Numbered from the stretch's first letter, positions 22,612-33,219 are shown. The stretch: 64,000 nt of DNA from Nostoc sp. (GCA_036918135.1 JBALDB010000039.1:32001-96000); one strand, 5' to 3'. Made by a program: numbers and translations. The notes: generated from the letters alone by a model not told the origin.

Positions 22612-23172
22612 ATGAAATTAGCTAAAAATATTAGCATTGCTGCTTTTGCAGTTACCATCTTAGTTGCTGCTGTTGCTAAACCAACACAAGCCGCCTTGGT
22701 TAATTACGGTTTCACCGTGAATGCGACATCTGGCGATAATCCCGGTCAATATTTTGGCTCTTTTCAATATGATGACTCGACTTTAACCGGGATAGGTGAG
22801 GAAAATCTAGGGGTTAGTAATGGATTATCCATTTTGTTTGACTACTTGGGTACTCAGTATACGCAGGCAAGTGATTTTGATTACCCAGCATCTCCTATAG
22901 TCAGTTTTACAAATGGCAATCTGTCAGGACTGAGTTATTTGGTTGAAGATCAATTTTTTATTGGTAACGATCCGGGTAATGCAAATACAGGAGGAACAAA
23001 ATTTTATAGCATTCTCAGTGCTGACTTATTGTCTACAACAGAGGTGGGTACAGTGACCTACACTAAGAGTACATCCGTACCGGAACCGATGACTGTTGGT
23101 AGTATAACGATCGCCACTGCTATGGGCTTGGGAATGAAGCGCAAGAAAAAAGTATCTGGACTAGCAAACTAA
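22612..23172 (+). CDS. PEP-CTERM sorting-domain surface protein
   Basis: Signal peptide (..PTQA), C-terminal VPEP + hydrophobic stretch + KRKKK. Confidence 0.9.
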   Translation: MKLAKNISIAAFAVTILVAAVAKPTQAALVNYGFTVNATSGDNPGQYFGSFQYDDSTLTGIGEENLGVSNGLSILFDYLGTQYTQASDFDYPASPIVSFTNGNLSGLSYLVEDQFFIGNDPGNANTGGTKFYSILSADLLSTTEVGTVTYTKSTSVPEPMTVGSITIATAMGLGMKRKKKVSGLAN

Positions 23173-23191
23173 AGTTAGCGTGAAAATTAAC

Positions 23192-23220
23192 GTAGAGACG
23201 TTATCATTTAACGCCTCTAT
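23192..23220. repeat. REP-like palindrome between convergent genes
   Basis: GTAGAGACGTTA-TCATT-TAACGCCTCTAT. Confidence 0.55.
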
Positions 23221-23230
23221 ACATATACTT

Positions 23231-25591
23231 CTAAGTAAAACTACCAGTAGGATTCTTACGTCTGATGGCAATCACAGATGGTTTGGGAAGACCTTTAGGT
23301 TGACCCTTACCACCGTCATTGATTGGGATGTTAGTTGGCCAACTACTGCCACGAGGTACAGTACGAGACTGATTGAATGTAATACCATTCAAATCCAGTA
23401 TTTCAATATCACGACTCAGTATCGTACCATCGTTGACTGGGCTATCTTCGCCGGGATGCTGTACCGAAATAATCAGAGTGTCTTCCACAAAAGTTGGGCC
23501 AGTCATCTCACAGCGTACTGGGCCTTGAGCAAAAGGTATTAGCTCTCCTGCATGAGTACCAGTAGTAGGAATGTAAAATAGCCAGTTATTACCGAAAACT
23601 CCTGTCAAGTTGGAAACATTACCACTGGCTGTATGGTCGATGATAGTTACAGTGCCGGCTGCACCGACATTAAAACCATTATGAGTAGTGGTAGACATAT
23701 CCGTCACACCCCAAATATTTGCCTTATTGTCGAACACTAGGTTATCCACATTGGCAAAACCAGCACCAGAAATAGATCCGGCTTCTCCTCCTTGGGCAAA
23801 TCTCTGCCAATGGAATGTTAGACCTGTACCATCAGCACTATCTTCAATAATCTTGTACAATCCTCCTGATTGCTGCGTTGCGTTTGGATCTTTACTTAAC
23901 TTGGCAACCTGGAAAATCCGGGAATCTGGATAACCGTCGCTTCCCGGCGCACCATCAGTATAGGAAATGAACACTTCTTTGGTAATTGGATGCACTTCTA
24001 AATCTTCTGGACGTGCGGTGGGAGTGCCACCGGCCAAGTTGGCTGCTAAGAAAGCATCAGCGAGAATAGCACCTTGGGAAGGGTAGAAATCAGATAGCTT
24101 TTTATTTTGATAAGCAGGTAGTATATTTGCTTCATTGGTGCGATCAACTGCGAGGAAACCACCATCTGTGGTTTGACCTGCAATTCCATTACGTTTTGGT
24201 AGGGGTAAAAGACCATTTCTTTGAGCCGAACCCAAAGCGGCAAACTCTACAGAAGAAATTACTGATGGTGCAATGGGATTGGTGGGACTGTTTAAATTTA
24301 AGGGTATCCATTGACCCGTACCATTTGGATTGTAGCGGGCAACATATAAAGTACCACTTTCCCACAAACTGCTGTTGGCTTTACTGGTTGGTGAAGAAAT
24401 CACACCTGCACTGACAAATTTCCAGGTGTGTCCCCCACGCCTATCATCACCCATGTAGGCGATTAATGGTTTCCCAGCTTCGGCACGGATGGCGACGTTT
24501 TCATGGCGGAAACGACCCAATGAAGTATGTTTGCGAGGGCGGAAATTCGGATTAACGGGGTCAATTTCCACAATCCAACCGTATTTTTCCCCGACTAAGC
24601 CGAAGGTTTTACCTGTGGTACCATCGGTATAACCTGTTTGAGTACCATTAGGGTTGACTGATTCTGTAACACCAACGAAAGCTGCTGCACTTCCTTGGAA
24701 GTTTTCTTCACCACTTAAAATAGTTCCCCAAGGAGTTGTACCACCAGAACAGTTAAAGGCAGTGCCAATAATTTTGTTACCTAGTCCATCAGAGGAGAGG
24801 TTAAATACTTGGGTAGCGGCTGGACCAGTTGCGATTAAATAATTTTGGTCGCCTTTTTGGTAGCTGCGACTTCCCCAAGAGGTGACATTTTTATATTCAT
24901 CAGTTCTTTGGCTATTAATTCCCAACCCAGATAGACCGTGAAGGCGGCGATTTCTCACATCACCTTTAACCACAGCATAACGGTTATTAGAATTACGGCT
25001 GGAGATGCGGACGATTGAACCGCCTAAGTTATATAAAGCTTCCCCGTCAAATTCAATACCTCTGGTCGCAGGTAAAGCCCAGCCAATAACTGATTCAAAG
25101 GTGGTAGACAATCCTTTAACATCAGCTGGGGCTTCTGGTGCTAGATCGGAAAAAGGAAAACTGATGTATTCGTGATTGACCCACAAATAGCCTACGTCGT
25201 TGGTTCTACCAAGGGGAATAAAACCCGTATAATCGTTGTTATAGCCGAAATAATCATCGCTGTTGGGAAATACGCGATCGCCCCAGCTGACAATTACATA
25301 ACGGTCGTACTCTGGTGGCACTACTACATCATCAACTACATTGTAGCTATTTAACTTCGTGTTTGCAGATGCATTGAGTATCTGTCCCTGACCAATTCCC
25401 GTTGGCAAGAAACTTTTCTGCTGTTTATAAACAGATAAGGAATGGGGTAAGCGCACTGGTGTAAAGCTCAGTGGCTTGTTGCTTGCTCCAGCAATACTAG
25501 AAACACCATCTATAATTGTGTCTCCCAACACAGCCGCACCAGCACTGCCAGCAAAAAATACTAAAATTTGTCTGCGACTTAATTTAGACAT
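23231..25591 (-). CDS. phoX: PhoX/DUF839 alkaline phosphatase, Tat-exported
   Basis: SRRQIL Tat motif, VNHEY, NCSGGTTPWGT..GEEN, GRFRHE, RPED, NVDN, EMTGP, QHPG. Confidence 0.92.
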   Translation of the reverse strand: MSKLSRRQILVFFAGSAGAAVLGDTIIDGVSSIAGASNKPLSFTPVRLPHSLSVYKQQKSFLPTGIGQGQILNASANTKLNSYNVVDDVVVPPEYDRYVIVSWGDRVFPNSDDYFGYNNDYTGFIPLGRTNDVGYLWVNHEYISFPFSDLAPEAPADVKGLSTTFESVIGWALPATRGIEFDGEALYNLGGSIVRISSRNSNNRYAVVKGDVRNRRLHGLSGLGINSQRTDEYKNVTSWGSRSYQKGDQNYLIATGPAATQVFNLSSDGLGNKIIGTAFNCSGGTTPWGTILSGEENFQGSAAAFVGVTESVNPNGTQTGYTDGTTGKTFGLVGEKYGWIVEIDPVNPNFRPRKHTSLGRFRHENVAIRAEAGKPLIAYMGDDRRGGHTWKFVSAGVISSPTSKANSSLWESGTLYVARYNPNGTGQWIPLNLNSPTNPIAPSVISSVEFAALGSAQRNGLLPLPKRNGIAGQTTDGGFLAVDRTNEANILPAYQNKKLSDFYPSQGAILADAFLAANLAGGTPTARPEDLEVHPITKEVFISYTDGAPGSDGYPDSRIFQVAKLSKDPNATQQSGGLYKIIEDSADGTGLTFHWQRFAQGGEAGSISGAGFANVDNLVFDNKANIWGVTDMSTTTHNGFNVGAAGTVTIIDHTASGNVSNLTGVFGNNWLFYIPTTGTHAGELIPFAQGPVRCEMTGPTFVEDTLIISVQHPGEDSPVNDGTILSRDIEILDLNGITFNQSRTVPRGSSWPTNIPINDGGKGQPKGLPKPSVIAIRRKNPTGSFT

Positions 25592-25789
25592 CAAACTCTC
25601 CTCTCTTATGACATAAAAAATCTTGTAAAGGCAAATCTTGATTAATGACAGAAAAAGCCATCAATTCTTGACGTGAAATGCCACAGATTTTGAATAGTCA
25701 ATAACCTGTTCTTAACAAAAGCTTGTTAGCTATTTAGGTCACTTAACTAGACAAAATTTTTTCAGTTTGTCACATAATCTAATGAGCAA

Positions 25790-25819
25790 AAATTAACGCC
25801 AGGTTATATCTTGATTAAT
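25790..25819 (-). promoter_or_regulatory. Putative SphR/PhoB Pho box upstream of phoX
   Basis: Minus strand ATTAATCA-aga-TATAACCT-ggc-GTTAATTT (three octamers at 11-bp period) followed about 10 nt later by TAGATT. Confidence 0.55.
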
Positions 25820-25918
25820 GGAGATTTATTCTCTAATTGACTCAAGTCTAGGAAATTTCAGAATCAGAAGTTATCAGGTAAGGAACAGAGTCAGTGCCCC
25901 ATCTGTCCTATCCTGGAG

Positions 25919-26878
25919 ATGGGTAAATGTGTTGTGGGTGAGACTGTGTTTTTCAGCGTTGTGATACCGACTTATAATCGTCAACCGATTTTAGAAAAGT
26001 GCCTCCGCGCCTTGGAGGTGCAGGAGTTGAGTCAGCCAAGTTCGGTTACTGATTACGAGATTGTCTTGGTAGATGATGGTTCTACTGATGGCACATTGGA
26101 GTGGTTAGCAGCACACAAAGAAGAGTTTCCTCATGTGCGCTGGTTTGAGCAAGATCATGCTGGCCCAGCTGCGGCTCGGAATTTAGGAGTAGAGAAGGCG
26201 CAGGGAGACACAATTATCTTTATTGATAGTGATTTAGTAGTGCTGAAGAATTTCCTACAAGCTCATACTGATGCACTAGTGCAAGGGAAAGAGAAATTAG
26301 GAAGCGATCGCTTTTTCACTTACGGTGCAGTTATTAATACTTGTAATTTCAACAACCCAACTGCTGAACCTTACAAAGTCACAGATTTTTCAGCAGCTTT
26401 TTTTGCTACGGGAAATGTAGCAATCCCTAAACATTGGTTAGATAAAGCCGGACTTTTTGATACTAGTTTTCAACTCTACGGCTGGGAAGATTTAGAATTA
26501 GGTGTGCGGCTAAAAAAACTAGGTTTGACACTAATTAAATGTCCAGGAGCCGTAGGATACCACTGGCATCCAGCATTTAACTTAGAGCAAATTCCCCGAT
26601 TGATTGACCAAGAAATTCAACGCGGACGTATGGGAGTTTTGTTTTATCAAAAGCATCCCACATGGGAAGTGCGAATGATGATTCAAATGACTTGGCTGCA
26701 TCGCTTACTTTGGGGAATTTTGTCACTTAATGGTGCGTTAAATGAACGGACAATGGCTCCATTTTTGCAATGGCTAATTAATTTAGGTAAACCGCAATTA
26801 GCTTTAGAAATTGCTCGAATTTTTCTCAACTGGTACAACGTAAAAGGTGTTTATGAGGCCTATGCCGAAATGCAGTAA
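25919..26878 (+). CDS. Glycosyltransferase family 2
   Basis: SVVIPTYNR, VDDGSTD, FIDSD, YGWEDLELG. Confidence 0.92.
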   Translation: MGKCVVGETVFFSVVIPTYNRQPILEKCLRALEVQELSQPSSVTDYEIVLVDDGSTDGTLEWLAAHKEEFPHVRWFEQDHAGPAAARNLGVEKAQGDTIIFIDSDLVVLKNFLQAHTDALVQGKEKLGSDRFFTYGAVINTCNFNNPTAEPYKVTDFSAAFFATGNVAIPKHWLDKAGLFDTSFQLYGWEDLELGVRLKKLGLTLIKCPGAVGYHWHPAFNLEQIPRLIDQEIQRGRMGVLFYQKHPTWEVRMMIQMTWLHRLLWGILSLNGALNERTMAPFLQWLINLGKPQLALEIARIFLNWYNVKGVYEAYAEMQ

Positions 26879-27091
26879 GCATCGGGATTGAAAAGTGAGG
26901 TATTAAATTAGCTATCAACAATTGTATTGATTCTTATTATAAAAATAGGATTGCGATCACTCTAGCTGTATGCAAATCTCAGCGCCGCGATCAAGTCTGG
27001 AATGCTCGCTAGCTGGATTGTATAAGGTACTCATGATAACCTAAGTATTAACCACAATAATAGAAAATTGTAGCAAGATAGAGAGTCACAG

Positions 27092-29407
27092 ATGGCTAAG
27101 GTAGCATTGCTGATTGGGGTTGGCGAATATGGAAATGGTCTTTCTCCCTTACCTGCGGCTCCCAAGGATGTGGAAGCGATGCGCCAAGTATTGGAAAATC
27201 CTGAAATTGGCAGTTTTGATCAAGTGACACCGCTGATTAATCCTGAGCGACAAGCGATGGAGGAAGCAATTTATAGATTGTTTGCAAATCGTAAAAAAGA
27301 TGATCTCCTGCTACTTTTTTTCTCTGGTCATGGAGTGAAAGATGATAGTGGCAATCTTTATTTGGCTGCTCATAATACCCGCAAAGAACAAGAAACACTC
27401 GTTCAACCTACAGCGGTAGCAGCGAGTTATGTACAAAATATTATGAGCAGTAGCCGCTCGAAGCGACAAGTAGTGATTCTGGATTGTTGCTTCAGCGGCG
27501 CTTTTGCCCAAGGAATGACGGTCAAAGATGATGGTTCTGTGCCTGTCAAGCAACAATTAGGTGGAGAAGGACGAGCTGTTCTCACATCTAGTACCTCAAC
27601 TCAGTATTCTTTAGAGAGTCAGCGTTTCGACCTCTCAGTTTATACGCATTTTTTAGTTGAAGGTATTAAAACTGGAATAGCAGATAAAGATCAAGATGAA
27701 GCAGTTTCTATTGATGAGTTGCACGAATATGCTAGCGAAAAAGTACAAGAAACTGCTCCTGGCAAAATGAAGCCTGAAATCTATCCAATTAGAGAAGGCA
27801 GTAAGATAGTACTGGCTAAAGTGCGAGTTGAAGATCCAAAGCTGAAATATCGCCAAGATGTTGAGTATCGCCTCAAAGACGGTAATATTCCCCCTATTGC
27901 CCGCAAATTGCTAGACCTCAAACGAGATACTTTGCAACTAACTCCTGAAGAAGCTGCTGTCATTGAAGCAGAAGTTCTCAAACCGTATCGAGAGTACGAG
28001 GCAAAATTACAGCAATACGAGCAGGTGTTATCTGAAGCAATTCAAGCTGAAAATCCTATAAGTAACTACACTCGCAGCCACTTAAAAGACTATCAAGAAT
28101 TTTGGGGACTTAAAGATGAGGATGTAGTATCGATTGAAGCGCGAATTATTCCAGACAGAGAATCGACTAATAGCAATCAAAATGCATTTTCAACTGAAGC
28201 ATTTAGCTTTAAAGTAAATAATATTGATACCCCTAACAGCGTTATTTCTAATATTCAAGGCAAACCAACCACAAAATCCAGTTCTACAGAATCTCTAATT
28301 GATGACTTCAGCGCTACGCCAACAACAGACTGTACTCAACTACGAGACTTGTTAGTAGCAGGTAAGTGGAAAGAAGCAGATCGTAAAACTAGGGCTATTA
28401 TGCTTAAGTTATCTGGTCGTGAACAAGAAGGCAATCTCCGATCAGAGGATTGTAGACAATTATTATGTGAAAGCATAAGTGAAATTGATCAACTTTGGGT
28501 TAAATACAGCAACGGGCGTTTTGGTTTTAGTGTGCAACAGCGTATTTGGCAAAGTATTGGAGGAAGCAAAAGTGCGGGATACGACACTTTTAAGAGTTTT
28601 GGCGATCGCGTCAGCTGGTCTATAGAAGGAAACTGGAGAAGTCAGAATAATCTAATCTTCAGCTTGAACGCTGCTGATGGACATCTCCCATATTGCAGAG
28701 AATGGTTGAATTGGGGTTATTCTAATACGGTAGTGCATCGATTTTCTGCACTCATATCAAGACTTGAGGAGTGCGGGATTAAACCTGCTATTGTTAGTAC
28801 TGAACCTAATCTCAAGCTAGAAAGTCTAGATGCTACTATTATTTCTCCACAACAATTAAACTACCCTCAACTCTCTGTATCACAGCCTCAATCAAATTTT
28901 GCAAAAGTTTCTCAGCACAAAAATAAATTATATGTAGTGGGAGCATTACTGTTATTTGGCTTCATGGGATATTCAATATATCTATCTTTAGAGAATCTAG
29001 AGAAACCATCTATATCTAAACTCAATAAACAACTATTTGCTAAGAATTGGCGTGATGCAGATCAAACCACTTCTAATCTCATACGCCAGTTTTCTGGAAC
29101 ACAAGCAGGCTATATTACAAGTATAAACAGCAACAATATTAAATGCGGATATTTAATAGAGATAAATAACCTTTGGGAACAGTCCAGCCGTAACTTCGGT
29201 TTTCAGAAGCAACGGAATATTTGGGAAAAAGTCAAACATAACCAAAGTGAATTTGAAAAGAAGATTGACTGGTATGGTAAAAAGAACAGTGACCTTATAT
29301 TTAACGAGACAGCACCTGTGGGGCATCTACCTGCTGCTGGAAGGATATTCTATAGTACAAAAGATTATACAAACAAACTTGAAGAATGTTTCAAAGCACA
29401 AAAATAG
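27092..29407 (+). CDS. Caspase-family (C14) protease with two GUN4-like domains flanking a TM helix
   Basis: FSGHG and LDCCFSG catalytic dyad; two copies of W(K/R)(E/D)AD..T ... FGF..Q..IW ... GHLP; TM LYVVGALLLFGFMGYSIYLSL. Confidence 0.85.
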   Translation: MAKVALLIGVGEYGNGLSPLPAAPKDVEAMRQVLENPEIGSFDQVTPLINPERQAMEEAIYRLFANRKKDDLLLLFFSGHGVKDDSGNLYLAAHNTRKEQETLVQPTAVAASYVQNIMSSSRSKRQVVILDCCFSGAFAQGMTVKDDGSVPVKQQLGGEGRAVLTSSTSTQYSLESQRFDLSVYTHFLVEGIKTGIADKDQDEAVSIDELHEYASEKVQETAPGKMKPEIYPIREGSKIVLAKVRVEDPKLKYRQDVEYRLKDGNIPPIARKLLDLKRDTLQLTPEEAAVIEAEVLKPYREYEAKLQQYEQVLSEAIQAENPISNYTRSHLKDYQEFWGLKDEDVVSIEARIIPDRESTNSNQNAFSTEAFSFKVNNIDTPNSVISNIQGKPTTKSSSTESLIDDFSATPTTDCTQLRDLLVAGKWKEADRKTRAIMLKLSGREQEGNLRSEDCRQLLCESISEIDQLWVKYSNGRFGFSVQQRIWQSIGGSKSAGYDTFKSFGDRVSWSIEGNWRSQNNLIFSLNAADGHLPYCREWLNWGYSNTVVHRFSALISRLEECGIKPAIVSTEPNLKLESLDATIISPQQLNYPQLSVSQPQSNFAKVSQHKNKLYVVGALLLFGFMGYSIYLSLENLEKPSISKLNKQLFAKNWRDADQTTSNLIRQFSGTQAGYITSINSNNIKCGYLIEINNLWEQSSRNFGFQKQRNIWEKVKHNQSEFEKKIDWYGKKNSDLIFNETAPVGHLPAAGRIFYSTKDYTNKLEECFKAQK

Positions 29408-29564
29408 AGGATTTTTATAGTTTTCACTATAAAAAATTTTCTATACAGCTTGACCTAAACTATGTATAACATTGCCATATTCCCCAGTTTCATCTGGGCT
29501 TCTAACTAAATTTTTAGGAAAGATAGGTGTATCTAGTCACTGTTTATCATTAAGACAAGATATA

Positions 29565-32048
29565 CTACGTCAAAATAGCTCCACCCATCAACCGCTCATA
29601 TCGATATTTCAACTCTTCTTTCATTAAATACCAACGCTCTAAAGTGACATCCATTTCTATGATTTTCTCGGCTGCTTGGCGCGCTAAAAGTAAAACTTCC
29701 TCATCGTCAACTAAACTTGCTAAGGTAAAATCTGGCACTCCCGATTGACGAGTTCCCAGTACTTGCCCTGGACCACGAAAACGCATATCCATCTCTGAAA
29801 TGAAAAAACCATCTTGAGACTGTTCCAGCACCCTCAACCGTTGTTGAGCATCAGGACTCCTAGAACTGCTCATCAACAAACAGTAAGACTGAGCCGCACC
29901 ACGACCAACACGCCCCCGTAGTTGGTGCAGTTGCGATAAGCCAAATCGTTCTGCATTTTCAATGAGCATTACTGTAGCGTTGGGTACGTCTACACCTACC
30001 TCAACTACAGTAGTAGAAACTAGAATCTGCGTTTGGTTATCGCGGAATTTAGTAATCGCTTCGTCCTTTTCTGCTGAACTCATACGACCGTGCAACAGCC
30101 CCACTTGAAAGTCTGGAAAAACACTTTCTTGTAGCTTTTGATGCTCATCTACTGCCGATCGCAAATCTAATTTTTCTGATTCTTCCACCAATGGCAAAAC
30201 TACATAAACCTGTCTTCCTTGGGCAATTTCTCGACGCATCAAGTCGTAAGCATGGTTGCGTTGCTGACCTGACAATACTGTTGTCTGAATCTTTTGCCGT
30301 CCCGGTGGTAACTCATCAATTTGGCTCACATCCAAATCCCCGTGTATCGTCAGTGCTAAAGTTCGGGGAATTGGGGTAGCTGTCATAGTTAATACATGAG
30401 GTTGATTGCCTTTTTGCTGCAAACGTGCCCGTTGTTCTACCCCGAAGCGATGCTGTTCATCAATGACTACTAATCCTAGTTGTTGGAAGTTTACAGGGTC
30501 TTGAATCAAAGCATGGGTTCCTACTAACAGAGGTAATTCACCCGTTTCTAACTGAGAATGTATTTGTCTGCGTTTAGCAGTTTTAGTAGAACCTGTAAGT
30601 AATTCCACTGGTAAATGCAGTAAATTAAACCAACTAACTAACTTGCGATAATGCTGTTCTGCCAAAACTTCTGTTGGAGCCATTAGCGCCGCTTGGTAAC
30701 CAGATTGAATTGCTGCAAGGATAGCCAGCACAGCAACAACCGTTTTACCAGAACCAACATCACCTTGTACCAAACGATTCATAGGTGCGGGTTTTTGCAA
30801 GTCGTTAAGGATATCGTTGATAACTCGTTGCTGTGCGCCGGTAAGTTGAAAAGGCAGTATTTCGTGAAATTTCTCTACAAGTTGACCTCGTGGGACAAGG
30901 ATGGCAGCCTTTTGAATCGCCTTTGCTTGCTGTTGACGTTGTAGTAAACCGAGTTGTAAGTAGAAAAACTCGTCAAACACTAGGCGACGACGAGCAACTT
31001 GGAGAGTTTCGCCATCTTTGGGAAAGTGAATATTAGCGATCGCATCTTTCAATTCCATCAAAACATACTTCTGCCGCAAACCACTTGGTAGAGGGTCTTT
31101 CAGGTGAGCCGCAGCAGGCAAAGCAGCAATTACTGCTTGTCGTACTGTATTTGCCACCACGCCCTCAGTCAATCCGTAAATTGGCACCACCCGCCCAATA
31201 TTCAGCGACTCTATCGCATCTCCAGGATTTGCTAAAACTTCTAATTCTGGATTATCTAGTGTCAAGCCATATTTACTTTCTTTCACCAACCCACAAGCAG
31301 CTACAATACTACCTACCGGATAACGGCGTTTTAAACTTTCTTGCCAACCCCGACTACTAAAGCGTGTACCTGCGTAAAAACGCCCAATTTTAATTTGACC
31401 GCTATTATCTTTTACTAACAGTTCTAAAATTGATAATTTCTGGTTTTTGGGGCTAGTAAAGCAGTTGCAGCGCTTCACCGTCGCCACTATTGTCACCGTC
31501 TCACCCGCCTGTAACTCGCGGATATTCACTTGACGCGCATAATCAATGTGGTCGCGAGGATAATAAAAAAGCAAATCACGGACGGTATGCAAACCAAGAC
31601 GCGCTAGATTATCAGCTTTTTTAAAGCCTATTTCTGGTAAATCACTGAGTTTTTGCTCAATTTTCGGAGCAAGCCTGCGATTCACCTCAGCAACAATTGG
31701 AGATGTTGGATTTTGAGTTTTGGATTGATAAATTTTCCTTTGCTCCTCTGTTCCTCTGCTTCCCTCCTCTTCCTCCTCTTGCTGTAGTTGGTAAAGATAC
31801 CTGCGAGTCTCTGCTACTAAATGTTGTCTTTCTTCTAGTGCTAAATGTGGATAACTAGCAAATTGCACCGCTAGTCCTTGCCAACGGCGGCGCTCAGTGT
31901 GGGGTAAGCCTATGGGAAATTTACCTAAAGTCAGGCTGAGGAATTCGCTGAAGCGGTATTGTCTGCCCACCAAGTCTGTAAAGCCATGTTCGGCTTCTAT
32001 TGCTAAGGCTTTGTGCAATCGTATCCAATCTGGTTTTTCATTAGTCAT
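29565..32048 (-). CDS. recG: ATP-dependent DNA helicase RecG
   Basis: QGDVGSGKT, DEQH, TATPIPRT, QLRGRVGRG. Confidence 0.97.
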   Translation of the reverse strand: MTNEKPDWIRLHKALAIEAEHGFTDLVGRQYRFSEFLSLTLGKFPIGLPHTERRRWQGLAVQFASYPHLALEERQHLVAETRRYLYQLQQEEEEEGSRGTEEQRKIYQSKTQNPTSPIVAEVNRRLAPKIEQKLSDLPEIGFKKADNLARLGLHTVRDLLFYYPRDHIDYARQVNIRELQAGETVTIVATVKRCNCFTSPKNQKLSILELLVKDNSGQIKIGRFYAGTRFSSRGWQESLKRRYPVGSIVAACGLVKESKYGLTLDNPELEVLANPGDAIESLNIGRVVPIYGLTEGVVANTVRQAVIAALPAAAHLKDPLPSGLRQKYVLMELKDAIANIHFPKDGETLQVARRRLVFDEFFYLQLGLLQRQQQAKAIQKAAILVPRGQLVEKFHEILPFQLTGAQQRVINDILNDLQKPAPMNRLVQGDVGSGKTVVAVLAILAAIQSGYQAALMAPTEVLAEQHYRKLVSWFNLLHLPVELLTGSTKTAKRRQIHSQLETGELPLLVGTHALIQDPVNFQQLGLVVIDEQHRFGVEQRARLQQKGNQPHVLTMTATPIPRTLALTIHGDLDVSQIDELPPGRQKIQTTVLSGQQRNHAYDLMRREIAQGRQVYVVLPLVEESEKLDLRSAVDEHQKLQESVFPDFQVGLLHGRMSSAEKDEAITKFRDNQTQILVSTTVVEVGVDVPNATVMLIENAERFGLSQLHQLRGRVGRGAAQSYCLLMSSSRSPDAQQRLRVLEQSQDGFFISEMDMRFRGPGQVLGTRQSGVPDFTLASLVDDEEVLLLARQAAEKIIEMDVTLERWYLMKEELKYRYERLMGGAILT

Positions 32049-32200
32049 TGGTCATTTGTCATTAGTCATTCTTACAAAGTTCCAATCGGAGGAAACCTCC
32101 GCTCAACGCCACAAGATTCCGACGCAGGGCGACAGGAACGCAGTGGCTCGACTTTGCGCTTAGTCATTAGTCATTGGTCATTTGTCATTTGACTTTGGAC
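32040..32200. repeat. STRR heptamer array (TCATTAG/TCATTGG/TCATTTG) with an embedded 90-bp composite element
   Basis: Heptamers on both sides of CTTACAAAGTTC...GACTTTGCGCT (32071-32160). Confidence 0.8.
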
Positions 32201-32206
32201 AAAGGA

Positions 32207-33079
32207 CTAATCCTCAAACCAACTAGCACGCCATGCAGCTTCAGCTTCAGCAATTGCCCTTTCTCTAAGTTTCTTTTGATACTCTCGTTCTAGCTTGTTT
32301 AGCTGAACTAAGATACTACGGATCTGCCTGCGTTCAGATGAGAGCGCAGGATCAGCAAATTCAATTTCTCCTAGTCGCAAATTAAGAGCCATAATCTGCG
32401 TTAGACCAGAATCTTCTGATTGCTGCTCATTTTCAATTTCAATTACTAAGTTTAATAAGTTGGGTGGCCCAGGCATTACTTCAGTGGATGCTTCTGATTC
32501 AGCCGCGGCTGCAGCCGCAGCTGCTAAAATTGGTTCTGGTAATTTTTGGGATAATATCCCGGCTTTCTGTAATAAAAGATTAGCATCATGGGAAACTTTC
32601 TTCAGTATCTCTTGAGTAACCTGCTCTAAGTTATGTTGCCATTTTGACAGTTCTATAGGACTAGAAGTGTCTGGAGTAAAAGGTTGAAGGTTAGAGATAC
32701 TAAGAAACACGGCAGATGATGAAGATGTTACTTCCTCATCCCCTTCATCCCCCTCATTCCCCTCATCTTTTTTATCCCCCTCATCTGCTGCTGCTTCCTC
32801 ACTTTTAATATAAGTAAGGAACTGCTCAGCTGCCAGTTGACCTAACTTACGGATGGCTTGTTGCAATTGTTGGCGCTGATTTAATGACAAATGCAGGAAG
32901 TTTTCGGGATACCCTTGAGTACAAAGGTGGTAAGTAGCTAGAATCAACTGTTTTTGTACGGCTAGCCCCAAGGTGGCTAGGTAACTAGCATAAGCGGTTT
33001 GTAGTTCTAGTGCGATCGCTCGAATCGCTTCTTTAAGTGCTGCAATATCCCGCTCAATTCGCTCGATTGCTCTTGCCAT
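32207..33079 (-). CDS. Conserved cyanobacterial hypothetical protein between tsf and recG
   Basis: QLILATYHLCTQGYPE motif and AEAEAAWRASW C-terminus. Confidence 0.85.
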   Translation of the reverse strand: MARAIERIERDIAALKEAIRAIALELQTAYASYLATLGLAVQKQLILATYHLCTQGYPENFLHLSLNQRQQLQQAIRKLGQLAAEQFLTYIKSEEAAADEGDKKDEGNEGDEGDEEVTSSSSAVFLSISNLQPFTPDTSSPIELSKWQHNLEQVTQEILKKVSHDANLLLQKAGILSQKLPEPILAAAAAAAAESEASTEVMPGPPNLLNLVIEIENEQQSEDSGLTQIMALNLRLGEIEFADPALSSERRQIRSILVQLNKLEREYQKKLRERAIAEAEAAWRASWFED

Positions 33080-33183
33080 AACTTCTCGTTCTTGCCCATA
33101 TCAACCATTACATAGTACAAATGTACAAATTTATTTTAAGATAACTTTCCCAAAAATTTTAAATGCTTCTTTATTAATAAAAT

Positions 33184-33210
33184 ACAGGTCAGGCTATTGG
33201 CTTGACCTGT
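33184..33210 (-). terminator. Hairpin downstream of tsf
   Basis: ACAGGTCAGGC-TATTG-GCTTGACCTGT. Confidence 0.65.
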
Positions 33211-33219
33211 CTGGTAAAG

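Noticed and set aside
27092..29407. Diversity-generating retroelement target
   Set aside because: No reverse transcriptase, no TR/VR pair with A-specific mismatches, and no C-type lectin/FGE-like C-terminus seen
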